DNA of 64,000 nucleotides from Tepidisphaera sp. (lineage in GTDB: Bacteria; Planctomycetota; Phycisphaerae; Phycisphaerales; UBA1924), in the NCBI GenBank assembly GCA_050916045.1, contig CP051526.1:2112001-2176000 (forward strand), written 5' to 3'. The notes under the pieces are model-generated. The model made no database searches and was not told where the DNA came from. It saw only the letters and a list, made by a program, of their open reading frames with translations. Both the position numbers and the translations under genes were made by a program. Below are positions 37,235 to 45,542 of the stretch, in pieces. Each line of letters begins with the position of its first letter. Position 1 is the stretch's first letter.

Positions 37235-38578
37235 TTACTTCTTGGCCGCCAGCGCCTTGTCGATCAGCTCGGCGAGGTGCTCTTCCTCGCCCGGGCCAAA
37301 GCCCGAGCCCGAGTGGAGGATCTTGCCGTCGCCATCGATCAGGATCAGCGTCGGGATGCCGGGCACCTGATACTGCGTCGCGAGGTCATCGCCCTTGAGC
37401 AGCAGCGTGTAGGTGAAGTTCTTCTTCTTCATGTAGTCCACCGCCGCGGAGGAATCCTTCTCCCAGCAGTTGATGCCGATGATCGAGACCGGCTTGTCCT
37501 TGTACTTCTCGTGGAGCTTCTGGATCGACGGCATCGCCTGCTTGCAGGGGCCGCACCAGGTCGCCCAGAAGTCAAGCAGCACGACGCGGCCCTTGAGGCT
37601 GGCGAGGGTGACTTCCTTGCCGTCGGGATCCTGAAGCTTGAAGTCAAGGGCCTGCGAGCCGACCTCGGCTTTGAGCTCGGGGGTGCCGGACTGCAGGCCG
37701 AGCTTGTCGGGGGTGACGGCTTCGGCCGCGTAACCCTCGGGGGCCTTGAGGGCGAAATCGTCGGCCTTGAGGCCGGCGTTGATCTTCATGTCGGTCATCT
37801 CGCCCTTGGTGGACCAGCCTTCCATGCCGGCCATCTCGGGTCCGCCGTTCTCGATCTTGACGGTCGACTCGAACTTCCGGACGATCTTGTCCTCATCCGA
37901 AATGTGCTTGACGCTGGTGAGGACCATGCGCGGGGCGGGCTTCTTCTCTTCCTTGCTCTCGCCCTCGGCTTCCTCTTCCTGCGGGAGGGTCATGACCTCG
38001 ACCTGGCGGATGACCTTGCACTTGACGCCGGCGACCTCTTCATCCGCGAGGAACGTGACGGACTGGGTCTTGACCATCGGGTTGGGGAAGAGGTCCTCCA
38101 TCAGCCACTGCGGAAGAATGTTCCAGATCGGCTCGGGGGGCATGTTCGCCGGCGCGTCGAGCGCCGCGGTCAGCAGTTTTTTACCCTCGTGGTCGAGCTT
38201 CTGAAGCTGTTTGCCGTTGGTCGCCCACTCTGAGGTGACCGCACCTTTCTCATCGTGCATCGCGACTTTGTAGAACTCGATGGGGAAACCGCGGATCTTC
38301 TCCGGGATCGTGAGCGTCACCACGCCCTGGGCTTTCTGAGCACCCATGCCGCCTTCGGTCGAGGATTTGACCTTGTAGGTGATGTCGCGGAGCTTCTTGA
38401 CCGCTTCCTTGGAAGCGGCGACGAGCTTTTCGGCCGCGGGGTCGATCGTGGTGTCGGCCTTGATGTCCTTCTTGGCTTCGGGAGCGGCCGGCTGTGCCTT
38501 GCCGGCGTCCTGAGCCAGCGACAGCGCCGGCGTCGCGGCGAGCAGAACCAACGAAGCGATACGGGAAATGGTCTTCAC
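37235..38578 (-). CDS. Secreted TlpA-family thiol-disulfide oxidoreductase with an N-terminal LolA-like domain
   Basis: C-terminal DFKL..LKGRVVLLDFWATWCGPC..GIPTLILID. Signal peptide after GTG 38578. Confidence 0.85.
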   Translation of the reverse strand: MKTISRIASLVLLAATPALSLAQDAGKAQPAAPEAKKDIKADTTIDPAAEKLVAASKEAVKKLRDITYKVKSSTEGGMGAQKAQGVVTLTIPEKIRGFPIEFYKVAMHDEKGAVTSEWATNGKQLQKLDHEGKKLLTAALDAPANMPPEPIWNILPQWLMEDLFPNPMVKTQSVTFLADEEVAGVKCKVIRQVEVMTLPQEEEAEGESKEEKKPAPRMVLTSVKHISDEDKIVRKFESTVKIENGGPEMAGMEGWSTKGEMTDMKINAGLKADDFALKAPEGYAAEAVTPDKLGLQSGTPELKAEVGSQALDFKLQDPDGKEVTLASLKGRVVLLDFWATWCGPCKQAMPSIQKLHEKYKDKPVSIIGINCWEKDSSAAVDYMKKKNFTYTLLLKGDDLATQYQVPGIPTLILIDGDGKILHSGSGFGPGEEEHLAELIDKALAAKK

Positions 38579-38710
38579 AAGCGTCCTTTCGGTTCGGCCC
38601 GGAACCGGCGAGCGAGCCGGTCTCCTGAGGGCCTTACGGTGAACAATACCCCCGGAGCAGGCGGGAGGTTTCAGAGCCGTCCGTCCGGCCATCCCGTGGT
38701 TCTCCACCCC

Positions 38711-39358
38711 TCACCCGTGCGGGCGGCAGGCTTCGGCGACCCGGTCCCGGAGCACCTCCGCCTGGGTCAGAAGGTGTTCGCTTCTGGCGACGGCCGGGGC
38801 ACGGTCCGCTTCCGGCAGCGACCCGGCGTTCACCTTGACGTTCCAGATGCTGCTCGCGGCGGTCGCGAGGGCCAGTTCGGCCGCGATCCCAAGGTCGCTG
38901 TGGAGCATCGTGTTGGACCGGGGGGCGACCTCAAGATAAAGCCTGAGGAGGTCGACCGCCGCCGCCGCCACGGCCGTCGGAACCTGCACCGCCGCTTGCA
39001 CCGCCGCGGGCATCTCCGCTTCCCGCCGGGCATCCCCCGGGGGGAGCTTCATGAGTTCGTTGACCAGCCCGTACGCGGCTTCGTCCTCGCGGGCCAGCGT
39101 CATCATCAGGGTCCGCGCCCGCTCGAGCCGGTGCTGGACCTCGGCCAGCCAGCCGGCGTGCTCGGCCAAGCTCTTCTTCGAAACCGAGTACGACACCACC
39201 ATCCCCGCCAAAGCCGCCGACAACGCCCCAACCGACGACGCGACCGCTCCGCCGCCGGGCGTGGGCGTCTTGGCGGCGATCGACGCGAGGTATTCCTCGA
39301 AGGAGGGCGAGCGGGAACCGGCGGGCGTGCCGGGAGCGGGCGAAGGTGAGGATGACAT
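38711..39358 (-). CDS. Formiminotransferase-cyclodeaminase / methenyl-THF cyclohydrolase family protein
   Basis: PTPGGGAV..ALSAALAGMV, ED..AY, VP, SDLG, NVKVN. Confidence 0.88.
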   Translation of the reverse strand: MSSSPSPAPGTPAGSRSPSFEEYLASIAAKTPTPGGGAVASSVGALSAALAGMVVSYSVSKKSLAEHAGWLAEVQHRLERARTLMMTLAREDEAAYGLVNELMKLPPGDARREAEMPAAVQAAVQVPTAVAAAAVDLLRLYLEVAPRSNTMLHSDLGIAAELALATAASSIWNVKVNAGSLPEADRAPAVARSEHLLTQAEVLRDRVAEACRPHG

Positions 39359-39431
39359 GCCTGAGTGTACCGCGGCGGGTCGTCGGTCCAACTCGTCGGT
39401 CCAAGAAGAGCGGCTGCGGTACCATGTGATC

Positions 39432-40454
39432 ATGCTCGTGCCGCTGATCCTCGCCGCCGCTTCGCTCCCGGTTTCCGTGCTTCAGCCGGCGGGCAACGCT
39501 CCCCAGCCGGCTGCGGCCGAGGTGCGGGAAGCCGAGCAGCCGCTTCGCTGGAACTGGCAGAAGGGTGCCTCCACGCGGTACAACGTCACGCAGTCGATTG
39601 AGACTTCCGCCGAAGGTTTGCTGGAGTACAGCCTCAGCCAGACGCAGAACCAGCGGATCCTTGTCGAGGTCGAGGACGTCTCGCCCGCCGGGGACGCTTC
39701 GCTCAGGCTCACGCTCGAATCGATCGAGGTCACCACCATTCCAGCCAAGGGTGCTCAGCCGGTGGTGGTGTCGAGCCAAGCCAAGCCGACCAACGAGGAG
39801 TTCGACCCCTCCGGGCCGTGCCGCGCCCTGGTGGGCCTCTCGCTCACGGTGGTCACCGGCCCCGACGGCACCCTCCGCGAGATCCGCGGCATCCCGGCAC
39901 TCAAGGAGCGTGTGAAAGCCGTGCTCGCCGAGCCGCCCACGCTCGCCAACCTCGCTGCGGATGTCCTCGTGTCGTTCGAGGAGATTCAGCTTCGAAGCAG
40001 GATCGAGCCAGCGCTGGTCCTTGAACCCAAGGAGCCGCGCACCAAGCCCGCGCCCATCAACTTCCGGGGGCTGGGCACGGTTCTGGCCGATCAAGCCATC
40101 GCCACCTCGTCGAACGCCGGCATCGTCACCGTTCACCGCACGACGGATTTCTCCCTCCTCACGCCGAACACCGACGACATCACCACCCAGTTCGACGTGT
40201 CGCTGAGCGAAGCTCGCGAGGAGGGCGAGAGCTCTCTGGACCCCCGTGCCGGCGTCGTCCGAAAGGTCGCGTCCTCGCTCAAGCTCACGACGGTGCTGAC
40301 GCCGAAGAAGCCCTCGGCGGAGATGAAGAAGACCACCCGCACGCTCTCGCAGACGATCCTCATCGAGCCGGTGTCGGAAAGCGGAGCGGCTTTGCCTGCA
40401 ACTCCGGCCGTCACTCCACCGCCGACTCCGCCCGCAGCGCCTGAAAAGCCTTGA
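39432..40454 (+). CDS. Secreted hypothetical protein (DUF6263-like)
   Basis: Signal-like N-terminus, LRWNWQKG...Y, ALVG..LTV..GPDG..REIRG. The 3' end overlaps the photolyase 3' end by 44 bp. Confidence 0.6.
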   Translation: MLVPLILAAASLPVSVLQPAGNAPQPAAAEVREAEQPLRWNWQKGASTRYNVTQSIETSAEGLLEYSLSQTQNQRILVEVEDVSPAGDASLRLTLESIEVTTIPAKGAQPVVVSSQAKPTNEEFDPSGPCRALVGLSLTVVTGPDGTLREIRGIPALKERVKAVLAEPPTLANLAADVLVSFEEIQLRSRIEPALVLEPKEPRTKPAPINFRGLGTVLADQAIATSSNAGIVTVHRTTDFSLLTPNTDDITTQFDVSLSEAREEGESSLDPRAGVVRKVASSLKLTTVLTPKKPSAEMKKTTRTLSQTILIEPVSESGAALPATPAVTPPPTPPAAPEKP

Positions 40455-41955
40455 TCGCGGCTTCACGCGAGGTCGACAGATCCACGATCGGATCCGGGTA
40501 GGCGAGACGCGCCCGAGCGAGCGGCGCGAGGTCTTCGTGCGGCGCGTGCACGGCGTCGCCCTCGACATCCGCGAGTTCGGTCACCCAGCGGCGTATGAAC
40601 GTCCCGTCGGGGTCGATCTTCCGGCTCTGACTGATGGGGTTGAAGATGCGGAAGTAGGGCGCGGCGTCGGTCCCGGTGCTCGCCGACCACTGCCAGCCGC
40701 CGTTGTTGCTCGCGAAGTACCCGTCGACGAGGTTCTGCATGAAGAACCGCTCGCCCCACCGCCAGTCGATGAAGAGGTTTTTGGTGAGGAACATGGCGGT
40801 GATCATGCGCAGGCGGTTGTGCATCCAACCCGTTGCGGCGAGCTGTCGCATCCCGGCGTCGACGATGGGCACGCCCGTCCGACCGCGGCACCACGCGTCG
40901 AAATGCTCGCGATTCTGCGACCACTGAAGCCGCTCGGTCGAGGGCTGGAACGCTCGGTTCATGCAGACGCGGGGGAACCCGACGAGAACGTTGGTGAAGA
41001 ACTCCCGCCAGACCACCTCGCTGAGCCAGTGTGCCTGTCCGGGGGGCATCTTCATGAAGGTCTCGAGGCTGAGAGCTTCGGGCTTGATGTTCGCCGCGCG
41101 GAGGGCCGCGTGGATGCACTGCCGGGTCGAGAGCGCCCCGACCCCGAGGTAGGTTGAGAGCTTGCTGGTGCTGTCCAGGCTTGGGATATCGCGTTCATCC
41201 TTGTATCGCCTGATCGTCTCTGCGGCGAAGGCGGCGAGGAGCTTGCCCGCGTGCTCTTCCCCGGCGGGCCAGAGGGCGGGCTTGATGCGGGATTCAAAGC
41301 CGGGAACCGAAGCCGGGACCGAACTGGGCACGATCCCGGTGGGCTTTTGCGGCTTGGGTGCGTCGAAGAGGGGGACTCCGCCCTCTTCCTGCCACCGGCG
41401 GAGCCAAGCTTTGCGGAAGGGGGTGAAGACGCTGAAGACCCTGCCCTCACCCGTGCGGATGGTGCTGGAGGGGATCGCGACCTGGTCGTGAAACTCGTGG
41501 AAACCCAAGCCGTACGCCCGAAGCAACTCGGCGGCCGTCTCGTCGCGGCGTGCTTCGTCGATCTCGTATTCCCGGTTGGTGAAGACGTCCGAGCACCCCA
41601 TGTCCTTCGCATGCTCCACGACGATCGAGGGGACGTCTCCGGAGCGGTTGGCGGTGACGATGCGGAGCGGGATGTTGAGCGCGGAAAGCGACGCCGAGAG
41701 TTCTTTAAGCGTGCGCAGGATCAAGTCCACCCGCGCCGGCGCGTAGTCGTGCCCGCGCCACTGGTCCGGACAGATGACAAAGAGGCCGACCACGCCGGAA
41801 CCGACGCGGGTCGCGTGATGCAGCGCCGTGTTATCCCGGACCCGAAGGTCCGAGCGGAACCAGACGAGTGATCGCTCGTTCAAGGGTGCACCTCCGGCTG
41901 ACGCTGCTCTATTCGTCGCCGGTCCCACGTCAGATTCCAAACCGCCACCCCCCAT
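40411..41955 (-). CDS. phrB: Deoxyribodipyrimidine (CPD) photolyase
   Basis: LVWFRSDLRVRDNTAL, VFTPF, TSKLS, WREF, GRTGVPIVDAGMRQL..TGWMHNRLRM, NNGGWQW..STGTDAAPYFRIFNP. Confidence 0.95.
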   Translation of the reverse strand: MGGGGLESDVGPATNRAASAGGAPLNERSLVWFRSDLRVRDNTALHHATRVGSGVVGLFVICPDQWRGHDYAPARVDLILRTLKELSASLSALNIPLRIVTANRSGDVPSIVVEHAKDMGCSDVFTNREYEIDEARRDETAAELLRAYGLGFHEFHDQVAIPSSTIRTGEGRVFSVFTPFRKAWLRRWQEEGGVPLFDAPKPQKPTGIVPSSVPASVPGFESRIKPALWPAGEEHAGKLLAAFAAETIRRYKDERDIPSLDSTSKLSTYLGVGALSTRQCIHAALRAANIKPEALSLETFMKMPPGQAHWLSEVVWREFFTNVLVGFPRVCMNRAFQPSTERLQWSQNREHFDAWCRGRTGVPIVDAGMRQLAATGWMHNRLRMITAMFLTKNLFIDWRWGERFFMQNLVDGYFASNNGGWQWSASTGTDAAPYFRIFNPISQSRKIDPDGTFIRRWVTELADVEGDAVHAPHEDLAPLARARLAYPDPIVDLSTSREAAIKAFQALRAESAVE

Positions 41956-41994
41956 TCACTGAACCTTACGGCCCCCTGCCGCGAATAATCACTG

Positions 41995-42213
41995 ATGCCC
42001 GGCGAGCCCGTCGATCTGCTGCGTTGCGAGGAGTCCGGCATCGGTTGCCCGGTCGGCGGATTTCACATCGGCCCCGGGAAGCCCGTCCCGCTGGCCGTCA
42101 GGACCCACGCCCATCGCGACCATGCCCGGCCGGGGCCGGGGCGCTCTTTGTGCGCGGAATCGTGCGTACCCCTCCTTGCCCAGACGGCTTTGGCCGGCGG
42201 CCTCGATGCCTAA
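41995..42213 (+). pseudogene. Truncated remnant of the ligase-associated DNA damage response exonuclease (MBL/beta-CASP)
   Basis: LLRCEESGIGCPVGGFHIGPGKPVPLAVRTHAHRDHARPG matches the N-terminus of the TIGR04122-type exonuclease (consensus about GLYCP.GDFYIDPW.PV..AVITHAH.DHAR.G). It stops after 72 aa, directly at the helicase start. Confidence 0.7.
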
Positions 42214-44857
42214 ACCCAAGCGCTCCAAACCCGCGTCGATGCCCGCCGCTTCCGCGCCGAGATCCGGTTTGGAAGCGGTGCTCGCGTGGTTCGCCGACCG
42301 GTCGTGGAGACCGTGGGCGTTCCAACGCGAGGTGTGGGAGCGGTACGCCCGGGGGCAGAGCGGGCTTATTCAGGTGCCCACCGGATCGGGGAAGACGTAC
42401 GCGGCGTACTTCGGGGCTCTGATCGAACTGATGGATGCGAGAGAGGATGGCCGCGACGACCTCCAGGGCAAGCCGGGGCTTCGCATCATCTATGTCTCGC
42501 CGCTTCGGGCTGTGTCGCGGGATGTCACGCTTGCTTTGCAGCAGCCGGTGAAGGACCTGGGCCTTCCGCTCCGCGTCGAAAGCCGGACGGGCGATACGTC
42601 GTCGAGCGTCCGAGCCAAGCAAAAGAAACAGCTTCCCGAAGTTCTGGTAACGACGCCGGAAAGCCTCACCATCCTGCTCACGCAGGAGAACGCGTCCGAG
42701 ATTTTCCCGGCCACGAACTGCATCATCGTCGACGAGTGGCACGAGCTTCTTTCCAGCAAGCGGGGGACGCAGGTTGAGCTCGCTCTGGCGCGGCTGCGGA
42801 GGTTCTCGCCCGGGATCCGGACCTGGGGCATGTCCGCGACGATCGCGAATGCCCAGGAAGCGGCCCGGGCGCTGGTGGGCACGGGCGCTGAACCCGTCGT
42901 CGTGACCGCGGAGATCGATCGCCCGGTCATCATCAACTCGATCCTTCCGGACGAGTCCGTCGATCTTCCGTGGTCCGGGCACCTTGGCCTCAAGGTGCTG
43001 CCCGCGGTCGTCGAGACCCTCGACCCTCGCAAGAGCACGCTGATCTTCACCAACACCCGGTCGCAAGCGGAGCTTTGGCATCGGTCGCTGCTCGTCGTCA
43101 AGCCCGAGTGGGAGCCGATCCTCGCGCTGCACCACGGATCGATCGACAAAGCCGAGCGGGAACGCGTGGAAGCGGGGATCAAGTCCGGGGAGATCCGGTT
43201 CGTGGTCGCGACAAGCTCGCTCGACCTGGGCGTCGACTTCGCCCCCGTCGAACGGGTCATCCAGATCGGAAGCCCCAAGGGCGTCGGGCGGCTGGTGCAG
43301 CGTGCGGGTCGGGCCAGCCACCGTCCGGGCGAGGCGTGCGAGATCCTGTGCGTGCCCACGCACGGGCTGGAACTGCTCGAGATCGCGGCGGTGCGGGATG
43401 CGGTTGCTTCGGGCGTGATGGAGCCGCGGACGCCGATCAGCCAGCCGCTGGATGTGCTCGCGCAGCACCTGGTGACGTGTGCTTTGGGCGGCGGGTTTGA
43501 AGCGGACGCGATGTACGAGGAGGTTCGCACGGCGTGGAGCTATCGCGACCTGCCGCGGGAGGAGTTTGACTGGACGCTTGCGATGGTGGGCGACGGGGGG
43601 AAAGCGCTTTCGGCGTACGAGCGATACAAGCGGGTACGGAAGGAGGGCGGGGCGTACCGCGTGCCGGACGCGGCACTGGCGAAGATCCACCGGTTCAATG
43701 TCGGCACGATCGTGGGAACGGCGACGATCGATGTGGAGTACCGGACGGGCCGGCGTGTGGGGAGCATCGAGGAGAACTTCGTCGCGTGGCTTCGGCCGGG
43801 CGAGAAGTTCATCTTCGCGGGCAAGGTTCTGAAGTTCGTAGGCCTCAAGGACCTGACCTGCGTGGTGGAGCCCGCATCGGGCAAGTCGGCGGTGACGCCT
43901 CACTGGGCGGGGACGAAGCTCCCGATTTCTGAAAGCCTCTCGCAGGCGATGCGAACCGTGCTTTCGGCGTGCGGCGAAGGCGAGCGGCCGAAGGGTCCCG
44001 AGATCGCGCGGGCCCGGTCGATCCTGGACCTGCAGGAGCGGTACTCGCGGATCCCGCGGTTTGGAGAGACGCTGGTTGAGATCTGCCGCACGCGCGAGGG
44101 TTCGCACCTGTTCGTCTATCCGTTCGAAGGGCGGCTGGTGCATTCGGGGCTCGGAGCGATCATCGCGCTGCGGCTGACGCGGCTTTTCAAGACCACCTTC
44201 GGCGTGACGGTGAACGACTATGGGTTTGAGCTCCTTTCTGGGCACGACGTGCCGTACACGGAACTGCTCAAGCCCGAGCTTTTCACGTCGGCGTCGCTGG
44301 CGCAGGATGCGCTCGAATCGGTCGACGTGGCGGAGATCGCCAAGGTTCAGTTCCGAGAGATCGCGCGGGTGGCGGGGCTGGTGACGGAGAACTACCCGGG
44401 GTTCCGCAGGCCGGGGCGTCAGACGCAGGTCAGCAGTTCGCTGATCTACGACGTCTTCGCGGAGTTTGACCCGGAGAACCTGCTGCTCATGCAGGCGCGG
44501 CGCGAGGTGCTCGAGCGGCACTTTGAGCGTTCGCGTCTGGCCCGGACGATGGACCGCCTCCGGCACGCCGCGGAAGCCGGGACGCTTGCGGTGGTTCAGC
44601 CCGAACGGCCGGGGCCGCTGGCGTATCCGCTGGTCGCGGAACGGATGTCGGCGCTGCTCTCGGGCGAGACTTTGCAGGACAAGCTCGCAACGATGAGAGC
44701 GACATGGGAATCGGCTTCCGCATCACCATCCCCCGCCCTGGCGGCGCCCACGCCGAACCCGGAGGCGGGGCCGTTCCCGGGAGTGGTGAAAGCGTCGTCG
44801 CTGCCCGAAAGGCCGCGGGTGAAGCGCAAGCCGGGGGGGCTGAGGAACTTGTCCTGA
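42206..44857 (+). CDS. Ligase-associated DNA damage response DEXH helicase (Lhr-core)
   Basis: PWAFQ, PTGSGKT, SPLRA, RTGDT, TTPESL, DEWHEL..KRG, SATI, HHGSI, ATSSLDLGVDF, QRAGR..H, YPFEGRLVH, FREIARVAGL. Confidence 0.92.
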   Translation: MPKPKRSKPASMPAASAPRSGLEAVLAWFADRSWRPWAFQREVWERYARGQSGLIQVPTGSGKTYAAYFGALIELMDAREDGRDDLQGKPGLRIIYVSPLRAVSRDVTLALQQPVKDLGLPLRVESRTGDTSSSVRAKQKKQLPEVLVTTPESLTILLTQENASEIFPATNCIIVDEWHELLSSKRGTQVELALARLRRFSPGIRTWGMSATIANAQEAARALVGTGAEPVVVTAEIDRPVIINSILPDESVDLPWSGHLGLKVLPAVVETLDPRKSTLIFTNTRSQAELWHRSLLVVKPEWEPILALHHGSIDKAERERVEAGIKSGEIRFVVATSSLDLGVDFAPVERVIQIGSPKGVGRLVQRAGRASHRPGEACEILCVPTHGLELLEIAAVRDAVASGVMEPRTPISQPLDVLAQHLVTCALGGGFEADAMYEEVRTAWSYRDLPREEFDWTLAMVGDGGKALSAYERYKRVRKEGGAYRVPDAALAKIHRFNVGTIVGTATIDVEYRTGRRVGSIEENFVAWLRPGEKFIFAGKVLKFVGLKDLTCVVEPASGKSAVTPHWAGTKLPISESLSQAMRTVLSACGEGERPKGPEIARARSILDLQERYSRIPRFGETLVEICRTREGSHLFVYPFEGRLVHSGLGAIIALRLTRLFKTTFGVTVNDYGFELLSGHDVPYTELLKPELFTSASLAQDALESVDVAEIAKVQFREIARVAGLVTENYPGFRRPGRQTQVSSSLIYDVFAEFDPENLLLMQARREVLERHFERSRLARTMDRLRHAAEAGTLAVVQPERPGPLAYPLVAERMSALLSGETLQDKLATMRATWESASASPSPALAAPTPNPEAGPFPGVVKASSLPERPRVKRKPGGLRNLS

Positions 44858-45516
44858 TGCCCGAGCGAGTCGCGTTCTGGCCGCGGGGCAGAGCTTTGTT
44901 CATCGCCGACCTGCATCTTGGCAAAGCCAACACGCTCGCGGCGGGGCTTGGCGCGGCGGTGCCGGAAGCCGTCCTTCGCGGCGTCGTTCGCGAAGACCTC
45001 GCCCGTCTTGCGCGGGCGCTGACCGCGACGGGCGCGGAACGAGTCATCATCGTCGGGGACCTGCTTCACGCTCCGATTGGCGCAACGGAAGAGCTGATCG
45101 AGGAGGTCGCGACGTGGCGAGAGCAGCACCCGCAGCCTTGGACGCTGATCCTCGGCAACCACGACCGCAAGGTCGGCCGGGTCGCGGAGGCTTGGAAGCT
45201 GAGCCTCGCGGGCGACGGGATGCACGAGCATCCCTTTCGATTCGTCCACATCCCGCCCGAGCGGCCCGAGCCCGGAGCGTTCCTCATCTGCGGCCACGAG
45301 CATCCGGCGGTCACGATCGGTCGAAGCGGGCGGAACGGGCCCGGGTCCCTGATCAAGCTGCCCGCGTTTCTCGTCGGGCGCGACCGATTGATCCTGCCCG
45401 CGATGAGCCGATTCACGGCCGGCGGTTCGGTGCCCTGGAGGGAGGGCACTCGCCACTTCGCGTGCGGACCGGGCGAGGTCTTTGAGGTGCCCGAGCACGG
45501 TCTTGCGTGCCGGTGA
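44857..45516 (+). CDS. pdeM: Ligase-associated DNA damage response metallophosphoesterase/endonuclease
   Basis: IADLHLGK, VGDLLH, GNHD, GHEHP, LILPA..FTAG. TGATG overlap with the helicase stop. The true start may be upstream, as far as 44704. Confidence 0.88.
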   Translation: MPERVAFWPRGRALFIADLHLGKANTLAAGLGAAVPEAVLRGVVREDLARLARALTATGAERVIIVGDLLHAPIGATEELIEEVATWREQHPQPWTLILGNHDRKVGRVAEAWKLSLAGDGMHEHPFRFVHIPPERPEPGAFLICGHEHPAVTIGRSGRNGPGSLIKLPAFLVGRDRLILPAMSRFTAGGSVPWREGTRHFACGPGEVFEVPEHGLACR

Positions 45517-45542
45517 GAAGCGAGCGGGGGGGCGCGACGGGC

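Noticed and set aside
44704..44857. Programmed frameshift or fusion between the helicase and PdeM
   Set aside because: PdeM-like sequence (EELVLMPER) begins slightly before ATG 44857, but a simple overlap or TGATG coupling explains it, and I saw no convincing slippery site plus structure.
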